Positions 63,166 to 64,000 of a DNA stretch of 64,000 bases are shown here, piece after piece (within the stretch, counting starts at the first letter, position 1; every line of letters begins with the position of its first letter). This DNA comes from an uncultured Spirochaetota bacterium (GTDB lineage Bacteria; Spirochaetota; UBA4802; UBA5550). The position numbers were made by a program, and so were the translations under genes. Below the pieces are notes generated by a model that did not search any database, had not been told where the DNA came from, and saw only the letters and a program-made list of their open reading frames with translations. The stretch lies in assembly GCA_963827275.1 (NCBI GenBank), contig CAWHAA010000004.1, positions 416,001-480,000 on the forward strand. The letters are read 5' to 3'.

Positions 63166-64000
63166 ATGAAAGGAATCATTCTTGCCGGGGGGTCAGGCAC
63201 GCGGCTCTATCCGATAACACATGTTCTGTGCAAACAGCTTCTCCCGGTATATGACAAGCCGATGATCTACTACCCGCTTTCCACGCTCATGCTGGCCGAC
63301 ATCCGGGACATCCTCATAATTTCGACACCGGAGGACGTCCCCCGCTTCAGGGAGCTGCTGGGCGACGGCAGCCGGTTCGGCATATCCCTCTCCTACAAGG
63401 TGCAGGATTATCCCCGCGGGCTCGCCGACGCGTTCATCGTGGGCGAGGAGTTCATCGGCAGGGACCCGGTGTGCCTCATCCTGGGGGACAACATCTTCTA
63501 CGGGCATGGGCTCCCCGAGATGCTGCAGGACGCCGCTTCCTCGAAAACCGGCGCGACCGTGTTCGGCTATTATGTGAATGACCCCGAGCGGTACGGTGTG
63601 GTCGAATTTGACGGTACCGGTAAAGCCATCTCCATAGAGGAGAAGCCGAAACAGCCGAAATCGAATTACGCCGTGGTGGGGCTCTATTTTTACGACAACG
63701 AGGTGGTGTCGATAGCGAAGTCGATCAAGCCGTCGGCGCGGGGCGAGCTGGAGATTACCGAGGTCAACAACCAGTACCTGAAACGCGGCAGGCTCAACGT
63801 CAAGCTGATGGGGCGGGGCTTCGCATGGCTTGACACCGGCACCCATGAATCGATGATCGATGCCGCGCAGTTCGTCAAGGCGATCGAAGACCGCCAGGGA
63901 CTCAAGATAGCATGCATCGAGGAGATCGCCTACCTGAAAAAATTTATCACCGCGGACCAGCTCCGCTCAATCGCGGAGCCGCTGAGAAAATCCGGTTATG
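63166..64000 (+). CDS. rfbA: Glucose-1-phosphate thymidylyltransferase (3'-truncated; absent from ORF track)
   Basis: [60 protein letters not shown]. Confidence 0.98.
   Translation, partial: MKGIILAGGSGTRLYPITHVLCKQLLPVYDKPMIYYPLSTLMLADIRDILIISTPEDVPRFRELLGDGSRFGISLSYKVQDYPRGLADAFIVGEEFIGRDPVCLILGDNIFYGHGLPEMLQDAASSKTGATVFGYYVNDPERYGVVEFDGTGKAISIEEKPKQPKSNYAVVGLYFYDNEVVSIAKSIKPSARGELEITEVNNQYLKRGRLNVKLMGRGFAWLDTGTHESMIDAAQFVKAIEDRQGLKIACIEEIAYLKKFITADQLRSIAEPLRKSGY

Noticed and set aside
63193..63846. 217-aa minus-strand ORF in the track
   Set aside because: Antisense to rfbA, which the track misses because it runs off the window.

Overview
A GC-rich chromosomal window, most likely from a free-living spirochaete related to the Leptospirae. 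This is an inference from the spirochaete-type FlgE, the short 198-aa EF-Ts, the Leptospira-like rpsB-tsf-pyrH-frr-uppS-cdsA-dxr-rseP order, the membrane-anchored AraC regulators and a 7TM-DISM/SpoIIE sensor. Core genes are dnaE (5'-truncated), panC, xth, the rpsB-rseP cluster, HU, icd, an RluD-like synthase, trpS, fliK-flgD-flgE and rfbA (3'-truncated). There are two accessory blocks. (1) An AT-richer region at about 33-44.5 kb carries two membrane AraC regulators, a B12-radical SAM enzyme, an orphan protein resembling a condensation/acyltransferase fold, and a complete group II intron (40331-42278) placed just after a sigma28-like promoter. (2) The 50-60 kb block carries a lipoprotein ceramidase, a membrane/GAF AraC regulator and an operon of FGGY kinase, class II aldolase, class III aminotransferase and FLVCR-like MFS. 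I propose block 2 as a candidate lyase-independent pathway for sphingoid-base (or other aminopolyol) catabolism; this is a hypothesis and the best novelty candidate. A motif TTACTCTGACCCC recurs about 165 bp upstream of two lipid genes. At least six genes carry small frameshifts that look like uncorrected long-read errors. No rRNA, tRNA or CRISPR array was seen. All calls are from motif recognition by eye; no database searches were run.
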